Shown: positions 1 to 12,469 of the stretch, piece by piece
How the letters are laid out: each line of letters opens with the position of its first letter
How positions within the stretch are numbered: the stretch's first letter is position 1
Notes under the pieces: generated by a model
The model's input: the letters and a program-made list of their open reading frames with translations, nothing else
Told to the model about the DNA's origin: nothing
Databases searched by the model: none
NCBI GenBank assembly: GCA_002269645.1
Contig: NIVC01002468.1
Coordinates: 107,450-171,449 of the forward strand
Source: Macrostomum lignano
Lineage: Eukaryota
Reading direction: 5' to 3'
DNA length: 64,000 bases
Program-made: the position numbers and the translations under genes

Positions 1-627
1 ATTTATAGCCATATTAAATAGGTCTATATAGAAAGTAGGGCCTACTAGACATTAGATTTTGAATACCAAGGTGGCATTAATAGGCCTAAGGAAGACTCAA
101 ACTCGTAAGTTTTTTATTATCTACTTAACATCAAAGTTGGTACTTGGCCCCACTTTTATGTCAGTCGAATTACATTTAGACTCACTAGCTATTTTTCCAA
201 GGACGCTTCTTGTATTTTTCAAAGAATATTTTAAAATCCCGTGCCCAAGTACTGTTTAAAACAAAATAGCGATACTTAAAAGTCATTCCGGTCTTTTGTC
301 CTGCAGCGGTTGAGCGCAACGCCCGAGTCTGCTCCGTTTCACTAATAATATATTTGCTATTGCTAAATAGCAATGTTTCAGTTTCGTCTATAAAGAATCA
401 GAGCGCGCAATTTGGCCTCATTGTACGGATCGATCGATCGGCCTACATTATTATTTCGTGTTATGATATGAGACATTAACGAACTTCTAAAAGCGGAAAG
501 CAAGTCAAATATCTATGCACCCAAAAAACTGCCGGATCAGACCTTTTCAGTGAGTTAAACATCTGATAGCTTCATGATATCCATCCCAGATATTCAGAGA
601 CTTTTTCGGTGGTTAAGGCCTTAATTC

Positions 628-1105
628 AGCTGCCAGAGACGACCTGAAGGTGCGCCTGTTCCACGCGGCCGTCGAGCCGATCCTGCTGTACGGCATGGAG
701 GCTGTGCCGCTGACCGAAACGCGAGAGCGAGCCTTGGACGCGCTTTACCTATCGCTGCTGCGCTACGCGCTGGGCGTGCACTACCCGGATCGCCCTGCCG
801 ACCAACGCTCCGGTGGCCCGCGCTGGAACTCCGCCCCTGAGCGCTACCCTGCGCCGGCGCCGCCAGATGCTGCTGGGCCACTGCTTACGGACCCTGGGTC
901 GCGGCGCGCCCGTCCCTCTGGCCCTGCATGGCCATGCTGCACCGGCCGACCGAGCATTGCACCGCGGCCAGGCCCGCACTGCCACTCTAACGGACTGCCT
1001 CATCGCTGACTTGCAGGCGCTTGAGCTGACCTCTCAGTCTCTGCTGCTGCCTGCCCCTCCCGCCTGTTCTGCGAGCGCGTGCGCGCAAGGGGCCTCGCCT
1101 CTGGG
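628..1105 (+). mobile_element. 3' fragment of an RTE-type non-LTR retrotransposon (region after the RT core), frameshifted
   Basis: Translation RLFHAAVEPILLYGMEAVPL...LLRYALG continues after a frameshift near 790 into LSATLRRRRQMLLGHCLR. This parallels the VETVLLYNAEMWTL...LLRAAF...ILRRR segment of the RT-containing copy at 19354-20085. The 5' end is missing. Confidence 0.75.
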
Positions 1106-2572
1106 TCTTATAATATTATTATATGACCGCTTTGATATAGCGGTGTAAAAATGATATCTCTGATATTAGCCTGTAGCAGGTGCTAACTGGGCACACTGCT
1201 CGATCAAAGACACCAGATTTCGGTTTGGAAAACCGAGGTGTTCTAACTGCCGAGGTGCAGAATTTCTTGAAAGTGCTTCGCTCTACCCCCGGTTACACCG
1301 CTGGCTGTTGCAGTTATTCAAATACATTTAGCTTCATTGCCTGATTTCATCTAGAAAGTACCTGAATCAGGTGTTATGCTATATATAGTCTTGCTAATAT
1401 ATGACGAATGTATAAGTTAGTCACGTTAGTCATTGTATTTGAAGTCATTTGTTTTCTGCAATAAAAAACAAATATATTAAGTGTACCTGTTGACTATTGC
1501 AGTTGCAGTTTCAGTTGAAGTGAGAAACTAATGAGATAAAGCCTGCTCCAGTATATTTAATCCCGTATATAATAATTTAGGCTCGAAATACCGTATATAA
1601 TATATATCAAACTAACAAATCGATCAGTTTTCAAATACAACGCGTCCGCGTTCACTCAAACTAATGACCTATCTCCAATTTGTCCAATTTTGGGGCGTAA
1701 GGATCATTTAGACAGGATTGGGCGCACTGTTTCATTAGGGGGCCAGCACTGCATGGCGACTAGTTAGGCGCCAAAACCTGCATTGGAAGGGCTGGTACAC
1801 CAGAATGCCTTTTTCGAAACTAGTCCATCGACTTCGGGCTACGTCGGCGAAGTTCAGAAAGTTGCACGGGAATGGTGTGTGCCGCCCTGGCTTCGCTGTT
1901 GCTTACGTAAGTTTTATTTTCACGTTTTATTTTTTATATACTGTATTCGATGCAAGCGTGTACATGAATGGGCGAATGTACACGCGCACTATAATATCCA
2001 CGTGCTTCGATGTATTTAAGAATCATTTTTCGGATTTTTTTGTACTCAATGGATACCAAGTGAAATTCGGACATATACTAGATGTCCGACAATTCTCGCG
2101 TCCAGTGTGGGAAGGCATACGAGTTTTTGCCTTTAGGGGTCTGAAGCTCAGCCAATCGCAAAAGAATCGAAGCTCGTTTATAACAAATCAACCGCTGAGG
2201 ATCTTTAGAACTTTGCAAATTCGATCCTCACCGTTTTTAAATCATTTTTTGGCTTGATAACTTCAATGAGGCCAAGTACCTCGGTGTGAGGCTCACGCAT
2301 GACCCGGGCTGGACTAAGCACCTTGACAAAATTAAGAATGAAAACAACTTGCAAGTTTGAAGCCAGAAAGGTACAGCAGAGTTTTTTAGAAAACATCACA
2401 TGAATAAATGTCACTCCCCTGGCTCGATTCGAGACAGACTGACTACAGGTACTCCCAGCAACGGTACCGTTGGGAGGTAGTGTAGCGTGCGCAAGTTTTG
2501 CGATCAGCAGATCGGCCACACATGTGACATCTTCCTCTTTGGCTTGCTGCAACTAGGATACAGTGTAGTTCC

Positions 2573-3577
2573 GACGTGCTCAGCTCTATGGACAGGCTAG
2601 CTATTGCTCCAGCAGTGCCATTCCAAGTGAGCTCAGAAAAATGGAGCACATGCCATTGTAGTGGAAAAGTGGAAAAACTTTGCAAAAACACCCCTCGGTT
2701 TTCCAAACCGACCATATTGAGCAGTGTGCCCAGCATCATGCTCTACAGGCTGATATCAGAGATTTCAATATTCATTCATTTTTACGCGGATAGCCAAAGC
2801 CGCTATATCAAGGCCTTAACCACCAAAAAAATTACGCTGGAACTCTTTTTTAAATTCTACCGCAGTGTGCAGTCTCTCTCAGGCCTTAACAGTATTAGAA
2901 CCACTCGGTGACAGCGATATCCTGGGCAACGAGCTCGCGGATTCCCTTGCCAAGGAGGGAAGCAACCCAGACGACAACCACCGTCTGCAGATGAGGCTAC
3001 CCATTCCTAGGTCGCAAATATCCCGCCGTATGAACAGGTGGCTCCGCCAGCAACACCAGCTCCACTGGAGCAGTTGCACCGACTACAGGCGGACCCGCTC
3101 TGCAATGCCTGATGTGACCAGAAAAGTATCTGGTTATCTGACCTCGCTTAACAGAACCAGCTTCAAAGAGATGTGCATGGTCCTAACCGGCCATGGATTC
3201 TTCCAGAGACATCTTGTTGCAAACCGGTTGCCCTCCCACCTGTTCTTTCTGTGGCATAGGAGAGGAGACTGCGAAGCATCACGTCACTTTCTTCCCTTAC
3301 ATGTACTTCAATAAGGCGCGGCACAAATACCTCGGCTACCCCCAGCGGATGGACGAGCTGACAACCCCGGACAACATCCGTGACATTTGCGCCTTCGTCC
3401 GAGATACCGACCGGATGAGGGTCGCCGATGTCTATTCAGCTAGTGAACCTGCCAGGGGGCTGGGCGCACCCCCAGGGTTAAACCTTGATTTATTCTACCT
3501 TGAGGTTGCGATAAGGGCCTCGCGGCCTATTCGCGGTGCCTGCGCCGCCCCCTCCCACGTCAGTAGTAAGTAAGTAA
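2573..3577 (+). mobile_element. Degraded 3' end of an RNase H-containing non-LTR retrotransposon (I/R1/LOA-type)
   Basis: RNase H motifs are spread over shifted frames (YADSQS...[19 protein letters not shown]), followed by [11 protein letters not shown] and a Cys/His knuckle CSFCG..EETAKH. It ends in a short (TAAG)n tail at about 3563-3577. Confidence 0.75.
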
Positions 3578-3633
3578 CAAAGAAAGAAAAAAATCGTCAT
3601 GTCCACTATAAAGACGCTATATAGCGCCTTTAC

Positions 3634-4585
3634 GGTGCTGGCGCCCCTTGGTGCTGGCGCCCCTTGGTGCTGGCGCCCCTTGGTGCTGGCGCCCCTTGGT
3701 GCTGGCGCCCCTTGGTGCTGGCGCCCCTTGGTGCTGGCGCCCCTTGGTGCTGGCGCCCCTTGGTGCTGGCGCCCCTTGGTGCTGGCGCCCCTTGGTGCTG
3801 GCGCCCCTTGGTGCTGGCGCCCCTTGGTGCTGGCGCCCCTTGGTGCTGGCGCCCCTTGGTGCTGGCGCCCCTTGGTGCTGGCGCCCCTTGGTGCTGGCGC
3901 CCCTTGGTGCTGGCGCCCCTTGGTGCTGGCGCCCCTTGGTGCTGGCGCCCCTTGGTGCTGGCGCCCCTTGGTGCTGGCGCCCCTTGGTGCTGGCGCCCCT
4001 TGGTGCTAAAGCCCCTTGGTGCTAAAGCCCCTTGGTGCTAAAGCCCCTTGGTGCTGGCGCCCCTTGGTGCTGGCGCCCCTTGGTGCTGGCGCCCCTTGGT
4101 GCTGGCGCCCCTTGGTGCTGGCGCCCCTTGGTGCTGGCGCCCCTTGGTGCTGGCGCCCCTTGGTGCTAAAGCCCCTTGGTGCTAAAGCCCCTTGGTGCTA
4201 AAGCCCCTTGGTGCTAAAGCCCCTTGGTGCTAAAGCCCCTTGGTGCTAAAGCCCCTTGGTGCTAAAGCCCCTTGGTGCTAAAGCCCCTTGGTGCTAAAGC
4301 CCCTTGGTGCTAAAGCCCCTTGGTGCTAAAGCCCCTTGGTGCTAAAGCCCCTTGGTGCTAAAGCCCCTTGGTGCTAAAGCCCCTTGGTGCTAAAGCCCCT
4401 TGGTGCTAAAGCCCCTTGGTGCTAAAGCCCCTTGGTGCTAAAGCCCCTTGGTGCTAAAGCCCCTTGGTGCTAAAGCCCCTTGGTGCTAAAGCCCCTTGGT
4501 GCTAAAGTCCCTTGGTGCTAAAGCCCCTTGGTGCTAAAGCCCCTTGGTGCTAAAGCCCCTTGGTGCTAAAGCCCCTTGGTGCTAA
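3634..4585 (+). repeat. 16-bp minisatellite, about 59 copies (GGTGCTGGCGCCCCTT grading into GGTGCTAAAGCCCCTT)
   Basis: Direct reading of the tandem units. It produces artefactual LVLAPLGAGAPWCWRP ORFs in all three frames. Confidence 0.97.
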
Positions 4586-6360
4586 GAGCCTGATCGCCCC
4601 TTGGTTACTCCTTGAAATCAAATTGCGGCCAAAACTGAAGACGCTTAAGTCAATTTTCTCATTTCCGGCTTCCGTGTCCATTGTCTATGATTGTCTATGG
4701 CTTCAAGTCTTTGACGATCCTGGAGGTGGGCCGGGAGCCCTCGAGTTCCTCACAGTATTCGCACTACTTGTTCGTTTTGACGTTCCTGAAGGCAGTTTGG
4801 TAGGCTGGGTTTTTGTTGTGTTAGCCAAACTTAGATTCTCTTAGACTCATTCATTTACGATAACGTGCAATGCAGTCTCAAGAAAATTGCAACTTTTAAA
4901 AAACAAATTAAGATCCAGTAGTACAGTACTGTTAGTAGTATTTTTCGCATCAACACTAAATTTAAAGTGAACTGTCGGATGTGTGTAACATTATATTCGC
5001 AAGTCTGGTCTATTTTATTGCCGGAAATTATAAATTCATTCTCATTCTCTATAGCTACTGCACTTGACTAGTAGGGAGTTAGCTAGAACGGCAGTGTTTG
5101 TCTCTCCCTCCCACTGTCCCAAAACTACGTATAGCCTGCAGCAAAGGGATGATGATGATGCATTTGCATGCTCCGCTGTATGAATGTTTCTGCCTTGGCC
5201 GTGCGTGAGCAAAAATAAATGGCTCAAGCCCGAAACCATGGTTTCATTATTGGCCTCTACGAGCGCTTCTCCCCGCCTTGTCAGCTGTTATAGTTGGTCT
5301 AGGAACCTATGAACGCACACGACACGGCTTAATATAAACTTTAGTCTAACCCAGTGTCAAGGACGCCTTAGGTTAGTATCTGGACAGCTGGAAACAAAAG
5401 CTCCACAGGACTGGACGGTTTTGCTACAATACTTTAGGGTCTCGGTGAAATTTCTTCACCTACATGTATGCACACAATTTTGCACCTCCATAACGGCCAC
5501 TCTCTCCTCCGACAGGCCGATGACCAGGTTATACTCCTGCTTGAGAAAATCAAGGCTCTCCTGGTGCAGGTAGCATGCACCTCTAAACGATCATCTTCCA
5601 GAGGTTCTAACTGATCGAAACCGCAGCTGACATCGGCTAATTACTGCAAGACGCGATTGGCATCTCGCCTAGAAGCAGATGGGGCCACAATTTGATATAT
5701 CAGATTGAGCTCCAAAAACCACTTGAGCGACATCTACCAAGCTCAAATCACCTACATGTATCATGAGGATCCGCGATGAGAGTAGATCAGAACGGGCCAT
5801 TGGTGGACTTAGATGTACTACCACGACCAATCGGCATCGCAACCTGAGATGTGTCGGCTCTGTAGCGAGCCATCCTGCTTGACTGTCTGACCCTCGACGC
5901 CACCAGAAGGACAAACGACATCATTTAGCGCTTGCCTTGGTTCTGTACCCGATCTGACGTAGTGGCGCTGCTCTCTTGTTGCCATCGACTAGTGTCCCTT
6001 TTGAGCTATTCACCACAGATAACAACAACAGGTTGACCTTTTCCTGTAGGCCCTCCTGCAGCACCTCCTGCGCCAGATGTGGACGGTACTGTCATGCCGC
6101 AGCGCTGTACTCACTTGTTGTCGTTAAACGGGGTGCCTAGCAGTGCGGGGTGCTCGCTCACAAAATACTTACTTATTGTACTCTGCACCCCCCGGCTTAC
6201 TTCACCCCTGTTATGCCTTTTATGCCAACGTGGCCGCATATGATTGGCTGGGGCCTGAAGGCCCAAATATGTATAGGCGCTCTCGCCCTATTTGGAAGGC
6301 CAAGCGTTTTCGCACTGCCAAAATCGATACTGACTCCTGAGTCATTATAGGTACGACAGT

Positions 6361-6510
6361 GGTGCCAGCACCAAGGGGCTTTAGCACCAAGGGGCTTTAG
6401 CACCAAGGGGCTTTAGCACCAATGGGGCACCAGCACCAAGGGGCGCCAGCACCAAGGGGCTTTAGCACCAAGCGGCGCACAGCACCAAGGGGCGCCACGC
6501 CAGCACCAAG
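6361..6510 (-). repeat. Short inverted copy of the same 16-bp minisatellite (about 9 degenerate units)
   Basis: AAGGGGCTTTAGCACC and AAGGGGCGCCAGCACC are the reverse complements of the units at 3634-4585. Confidence 0.9.
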
Positions 6511-7182
6511 AGAGTTGGAGGACACGGCCCTCCCCATGGCCCCTATATATGGCCCAGAAATTTCCCGATTGATGTATTAATCGACTGTAAAACACAATTA
6601 CCATGGATATACATTATATTTTCATTTCCAGTTTCTGCTAATTCTTTTTCTTGAAGTTATTATAGTGAAGAAGTTGTTGATCAAAACTTTCTAAGTAAAT
6701 TTTGCTTCTAGAAAATAAATTTATCGAAATTGAAGAAAAAAACTGAGTGGATTCTGCTAAATTCCAAATTCTCTCTCTATATGTCCAGCCCGCACTGGCT
6801 TTTCTTGTCCGAAAACTGGGGGGAGGGAGTATTTTATATTTTATTCACGCGACGATCTGCATTCCAGGGATCAGAGGCGTGCAACTCTGCATGACGATTG
6901 GTCGTTTGAATATGCAGCCAGCCAGAGGCATCAATTTAGGATTTCCACGCCTGTGCATTCAAACTCCAATACCAGCTAGATAGGACATGCGAGAGTGTAC
7001 GTTGTAGTAGTACTCAGTACAAATAAGCTCAAACAACCGACGCTTTTTTAAGCTTCCATTTGTCCATGAGCTCGCAGCTATAAGGCAATCATTTTGACTA
7101 AAGAGATATAACTGCATATCGAGTGATCTCAGTTCTAGAATCAGCTAGTGGTCTTTCAGGTACCAAAGCCGATATCAGAACA

Positions 7183-8500
7183 ATGGGACAACAATTAAGC
7201 TGCGAGAGCTACTGCGTATCGACAATGCAGCGTTTAGCGGGCGAGCTTAATACCACAGAAAGTCAGGTGAGAAATACGAGTTGTTTAGCATAATTTTTTT
7301 AGTTATTCGGCTGAAATCTGCCTTGCGTCACGACCCAGAGAGTGTAAATGCCTGATGATTAGAAAGCTAGAAAGCCTGCGTATGAGTGCCTGACTGCGTA
7401 CAGTATTAGTGCGCTTGTACGAGCGTATGTGCTCGAGACTGAATTACCTCGGCGCTGGTTGTGGGACGATGTCGCCACAGTTTACTCAATTCGATTTGCA
7501 GGTAAGCGAATGCCGAGTCCTCGATAGTAGCTGGCCTAGCAACGGCACGGGCAGCAGCAGTATGAAGCTGCAGTTTTCGTGGCGCGAGTGGCAGCGCGTC
7601 AGCGGCTACTTGGAGCGAATACTTTCAACCATGGAGCAGCGGCGCCTGCTCGACCACTTGCTACTTGACGTCACCGGCCTGCGAACTATCGACCTTGGCG
7701 CCGTCTGGGAAGGTGTTGTCGGAGTCGCCGACTCAGAATTTCAAAGCGTTGGCGATGACGAAGTCTTTCAGCCGTTCGTGCCAATGTCGGCCCTACCGGA
7801 GACTACAAGCAGCTTGAACTTGAACGCCAGCGCCGACTGGACCATTCATCCGGACTGGACAGACGGCAGCTGCAACAACCCGCTGCTGTACCGGGATTTC
7901 ACCAAGATTCACATGCAACTTGGCCCAGTGTTCTCCGCATTCAACCTGGACCTGCCAACCCTGTTAAGCCAGCCGCGGCAGCCGGGTGAATTCGAAGAAC
8001 AGCCAACCGAATCGGTTGCCAGCCCGACAGCAGATTATCCAAGCACGGTGTCAGTGTACGGCTACAGAGCTAGTCGTCGGGTTAGCAACGCTAGAGCCTC
8101 AGATTTGCCCAGCTACGCTCAGGCGTTCTCGGATCGGGTGGCCGACTTGGTGCGATCCCGGTGCGCCAGGCTGGGCCTGAGCTATTTGGTCTCGGGCGCG
8201 CAGTACCACGCCTCGCACAATTGCCTGGTAGTCAGCGGCACGGCCGACGTTCGTTCGCTGCTACGACAGAGCGGCGGCATTGAGCTGCGCTCGTGGGTGA
8301 ACCCGGAGGCCGAGAGTCAGGAGCTTGCCGACCAGCTTCAACGATCCATAGGGCGAAGTTTCGACGGCCTGATGGAGCCGAGGGAACAACAGTCCGGCTC
8401 GAAGTATTTTCCCATGGTGATGTACTACTGCGACAGTCGCAAATTGGTGACGATCATCTACGGGCTTGAGCCAAAACGCGACGGGCCACCGAATGAGTGA
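7183..8500 (+). CDS. Probable two-exon gene of unknown function (exon 7183-7266 plus exon from 7481 or 7502 to 8500), about 360 aa, possible N-myristoylation
   Basis: There is a 1.09-kb stop-free, GC-rich, non-repetitive ORF (7409-8500). An upstream ATG exon MGQQLSCESYC...ESQ ends at a phase-0 donor CAG|GTGAGA, and two in-frame acceptors (CACAG at 7480, TTGCAG at 7501) match that phase. No domain recognised. Confidence 0.6.
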
Positions 8501-9084
8501 ATGAGCTCTTTAAATGTGTATAGACATCTGTTTAATTTCGTTTTTTACTGCACACTGTACTGCAATACACTGTACTGCATGACCAACGAACGGGTAAAGT
8601 TGGAGCTCTCACTTCGAAACAATTATTCGATACTGAATCAACATTTTAATGGCAAAATTACCATCTAAATAGACAACTGCAGAAGTCAATCAAGGCAATG
8701 GTCGAACTCAGTGTACCATGACTGACTGAGACTGGTAATTACTGGGCCAGCCACGCAGTCTAGACTGGCTTTAGCTAGTGCAATTGGCAACGATATATCG
8801 ATGCTGTGCTTCAATAGCTAGGCATTAATATGCATGAGACGCGGCATGCCCTGTGCTGCGCCTGTCGCAAATGTGTAACTCTGCGGCTATATAAATTCAC
8901 CGACATTGGAGCACTGCTTGTCAACAATAAATATATAAGAGCGCGCCTCAAACTCATCAGGGTAATGAGCCGCTGAGCCGGAAATATGTCTGGAACATAA
9001 TTGATCATTCTGTACCATTTCGGAGACTGTGCTCAATTTCACGTTGGTGACAATTCAGAAACAGTAGAGGTACCAATGCAATAG

Positions 9085-9660
9085 AAACGCTAGAAAACAA
9101 CCTAGAAACGCTATTGACAACAATTCAGAAACACAAGAGACAAAAATCCAGAAACACTATTGACAACAATCCAGAAATACTATTGACAACAATCCAGAAA
9201 CACTAGAGATAATAATCCTAAAACACTAGAGACAACAATCCAGAAACACTAGAGACAAGAATGCATAAGAAACACTAGACACACATCTAGAAACACAAGG
9301 GACAACAATCCAGAAACACTATTGATAACAATCCAGAAACACTAAAGACAACAATCCTGAAGCACTACACTAAAACAACAATCCAGAAACACTGCAGACA
9401 ACAATCCAGAAACACTAGGGACAACAATCCAGAAACACTAGGGACAACAATCCAGAAACACTAGGGACAACAATCCAGAAACACTAGTGACAACAATCTA
9501 GAAACACTAGGGACAACAATCCAGAAACACTAGGGACAACAATCCAGAAACACTATTGACAACAACGCATGGGAAACACTAAAACATAAATCAAGAAACA
9601 CTAGAGACAACAACCCGGAGGCAGTAGACACAACAACCCCGCAACACTAGAGGTGCCAAT
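9085..9660 (+). repeat. Degenerate minisatellite of about 22 bp (GACAACAATCCAGAAACACTAG)
   Basis: Tandem units are most homogeneous around 9375-9560 and decay on both sides. Confidence 0.9.
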
Positions 9661-10814
9661 ATAGAAACACTACATAGAAGTGCAGCTCCAGAGGTGTTCA
9701 ATATTTCTTCAGCCTAGCTATTGTTAATATTTCATGTAAACAAGCATTGGAGCCATACAATCCAGCATCTGGTTGGCGATGTAAATTATTCATTAGAAAG
9801 GCATTAAGTTCCAGCGTGCACTTTTTTCGGTATTTTCTCTTTTAAAAGCAACTATCTGTGCAGAAATCTATGCGTATAGACGGAACGGAAGATACTTATC
9901 GATATATCTAGGCTAATATCTGAGATCGGGGGCACTAGCCGAATGTAGCCATACGTCCAGTGTGTGAAATCCTTTTATCGTTTTTTTTAAAAAGCATGCA
10001 TTTTGCAGTAGCCATCATGAGCAAACGAGAGTGATCTCAGCAGCGAGCCCAGCGCCAAATGGTGGAGTTCCGCTCATGTTGGCCCAGACCCGATCGAGCA
10101 TTCGAAGCCCTCGCTTATATTGATGTTGAAAAAACCACTTATCTCATTTCCCATGGGGCTCTTCCCTCCCCATATGGGGTCTCACCAGATGAGCTGGGTC
10201 TATTTGATAGCCGCTGCAGTTTGAGCTGACACAGGATTATCCTCGATCGCTCGCCTCTCAAGCTAAGCTTCACCACACCCAGTAACCAACCCAACGCGGA
10301 GCAGGAGATGATGCTAAAAAATTAAACGAGAAACTCGCTCGCCATATTTGATAGGGTTTCAGCTTAATCTGTATCGTTTGCGATGCTGACTCGGTTGAGT
10401 GGTGGGATAGAATTACTTAAAGATCGTAATAATTCTTACAGTTCGAATTCAAAGCAAACTTCAGGATCTAAAGCTAGCTCGTAATTTATCCTATACTACT
10501 TTCATGCATAAATACTACACGGATGCCGGCAATGAAGGCCATTTAAACAATATATTTATTGATTTCTTAGTGTTTTACGCTCGTAGCTGATGCTTTCCAT
10601 GCTACTTTTAGTACTACTTTTTGTGTAGAGCTAGTGAATTCATAGCTTGCTGTTTCGCCGTCTCAATTGAATGACAGCTTCTTGGGGACTACAGAGCCAT
10701 TCCATTGGTTGAGTGACGCTATTATATAAATCACGTTGTTTCTCTGACAAGAGACGAGAGTGAAGTTGTTAAGTCTGAAAGCTTGCTTTGTTTAAATGGG
10801 CTTAAACACAAAAA

Positions 10815-12361
10815 ATGTACCAGAATTGTCTGATTCTATTCAGCGGCACTCTGCTCATGTTTTATCGGTGTCAGCTGGTTCGCTCCGTCTGCACTCGATC
10901 CTACATCGAGGAGCCAGAAAAGCCGTGCAAATTTCCATCGGTGGTCGATTCCAAAAGCGACTTCGAGTCCGCTATTCGTCAGTGCAGAGGCTCAAGTCCT
11001 GATAGGTACTGGTGCCCCACCACGCCAAATTATTGTCGCGACGGACGATTCGCTTGGTGTCCGGACACGGCTGACACCTTCGGCGGCAACGATCCCGGCC
11101 GGGTATGTCAGTTCCCCTTCCGGTACAAAGGGGTCGAGTACCACCACTGCACCACTAGAGACACCGGAATAGTGGAGCAATCGTTATTTGACAAACTGTT
11201 TGGACAGAAACAATACAAGCCGTCGGGTGAGTGGATCTTCGATGCACGAGTGAAGCATGATTGCGCGGTAATGGACTTGAAATGTACTTTTGCATGTCTC
11301 GGAGATATTCGAATGAACCGCCAGACTAGCTTATCCATCTGTTTCATTTGCATTCGAGGCATCAAATCTCCCAGGGATTCGATTCTGTCCATGATACAGA
11401 ATAGTGCATCCTGCTGTTATCCTACTTAATTGAGTACTTAAAAGCCGGTTTATGTGACTAGAAAGATGCACTAGACGAGACGAGATTTCCACACATTCTT
11501 TCTACTCGTAGATAATCAAGTTCTGCCCCAAGTTCCTTTGACTCAATCTAAATTTATGCAAACCAGCTTGCACTGTCAGATAGTTCACTAGCTATCCTCG
11601 TTGCTAAACCTACCAACGCAGAGGCTTATTACTGGTGCTCTACAACACACGGAAACTACACTGGTCGATGGACAAAATGCCGAACCGACCGGCCGCATCA
11701 GCTGCCATGTCACTTCTCGGACGAGGTGTCCGAATGCCAGTGGCAACCGTCCAGCAATGGCTGGTCCTGTCCAACCGTCGGTGGTCTGACGCGAGCCTGC
11801 CCAGAGACGGACACCACTGAGGCGGGAAACGATCCCGGAAGGTCGTGCAGTTTTCCGTTCAAGTATCGGAGGATTAGCCGCTATAACTGCCTGCGCTACT
11901 CGCCCACTAGCGATGCCAGCTATCAATATCAACAGCACAGTCCTGATGACTACATGTGGTGCAGCACAACGCCGGATTATGATCGTGACAAACTGTGGAC
12001 CAGATGCAAACCGCCACCAGAGCCGGTGCATCTTCGAGGACTTTTGCTACTATTGGCAGTGCTAACATCAGTCCTCACGGGAGCCTGTGGTTTAGCTTGC
12101 CTGATGTACTGCCTGTGTGATCGAACGCGCCTGCTCTGCAATTGGCTTCGGAGGCGTCTTTGCCTGAGGCGGAGCACCGTTGAGATGGCCACGTTGGACT
12201 GCAAACGGAACGAGATGCAACTGACGCCTACTGCTCCGCCGCCGTCTTCTTCACCGCTAGAGTCATCGACATCGCAGCCGCCAAGCTACGATGAAGTGAT
12301 GCAACTGAGCTTACACCAGCAGTCAGAAATAATTATGCAACAGACGTGCATGGGAGATTAA
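10815..12361 (+). CDS. Type I membrane protein with three fibronectin type II-like modules (exons 10815-11226 and 11622-12361, about 383 aa)
   Basis: Hydrophobic N-terminal leader. FN2-like cores CKFP...YWCPTTPNYCRDGRFAWC, CQFPFRYKG..Y..CT / YWCSTTHGNYTGRWTKC and CSFPFKY...MWCSTTPDYDRDKLWTRC. The donor TCGG|GTGAGT and acceptor ACGCAG|AG are both phase 1 and join without stops. A TM segment LLLLLAVLTSVLTGACGLACLMYCLC precedes a tail containing PTAP and PPSY. Confidence 0.85.
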
Positions 12362-12469
12362 CTGCTGGGGAAACATGACTATGTATGTACTTTCTATGCA
12401 TACATGCACATTGTAACTTATTCATAGTGTAAATTATGTTTACTGGCCACTCTGCCTTTACTGATCAAC

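Noticed and set aside
2205-2552. 115-aa minus-strand ORF next to the LINE fragment
   Set aside because: No recognisable motif, and I could not find paired TIRs around 1700-2570.
3599-4844. Long ORFs with LVLAPLGAGAPWCWRP repeats
   Set aside because: These are translations of a stop-free 16-bp satellite in all three frames, with no credible start or splice context.
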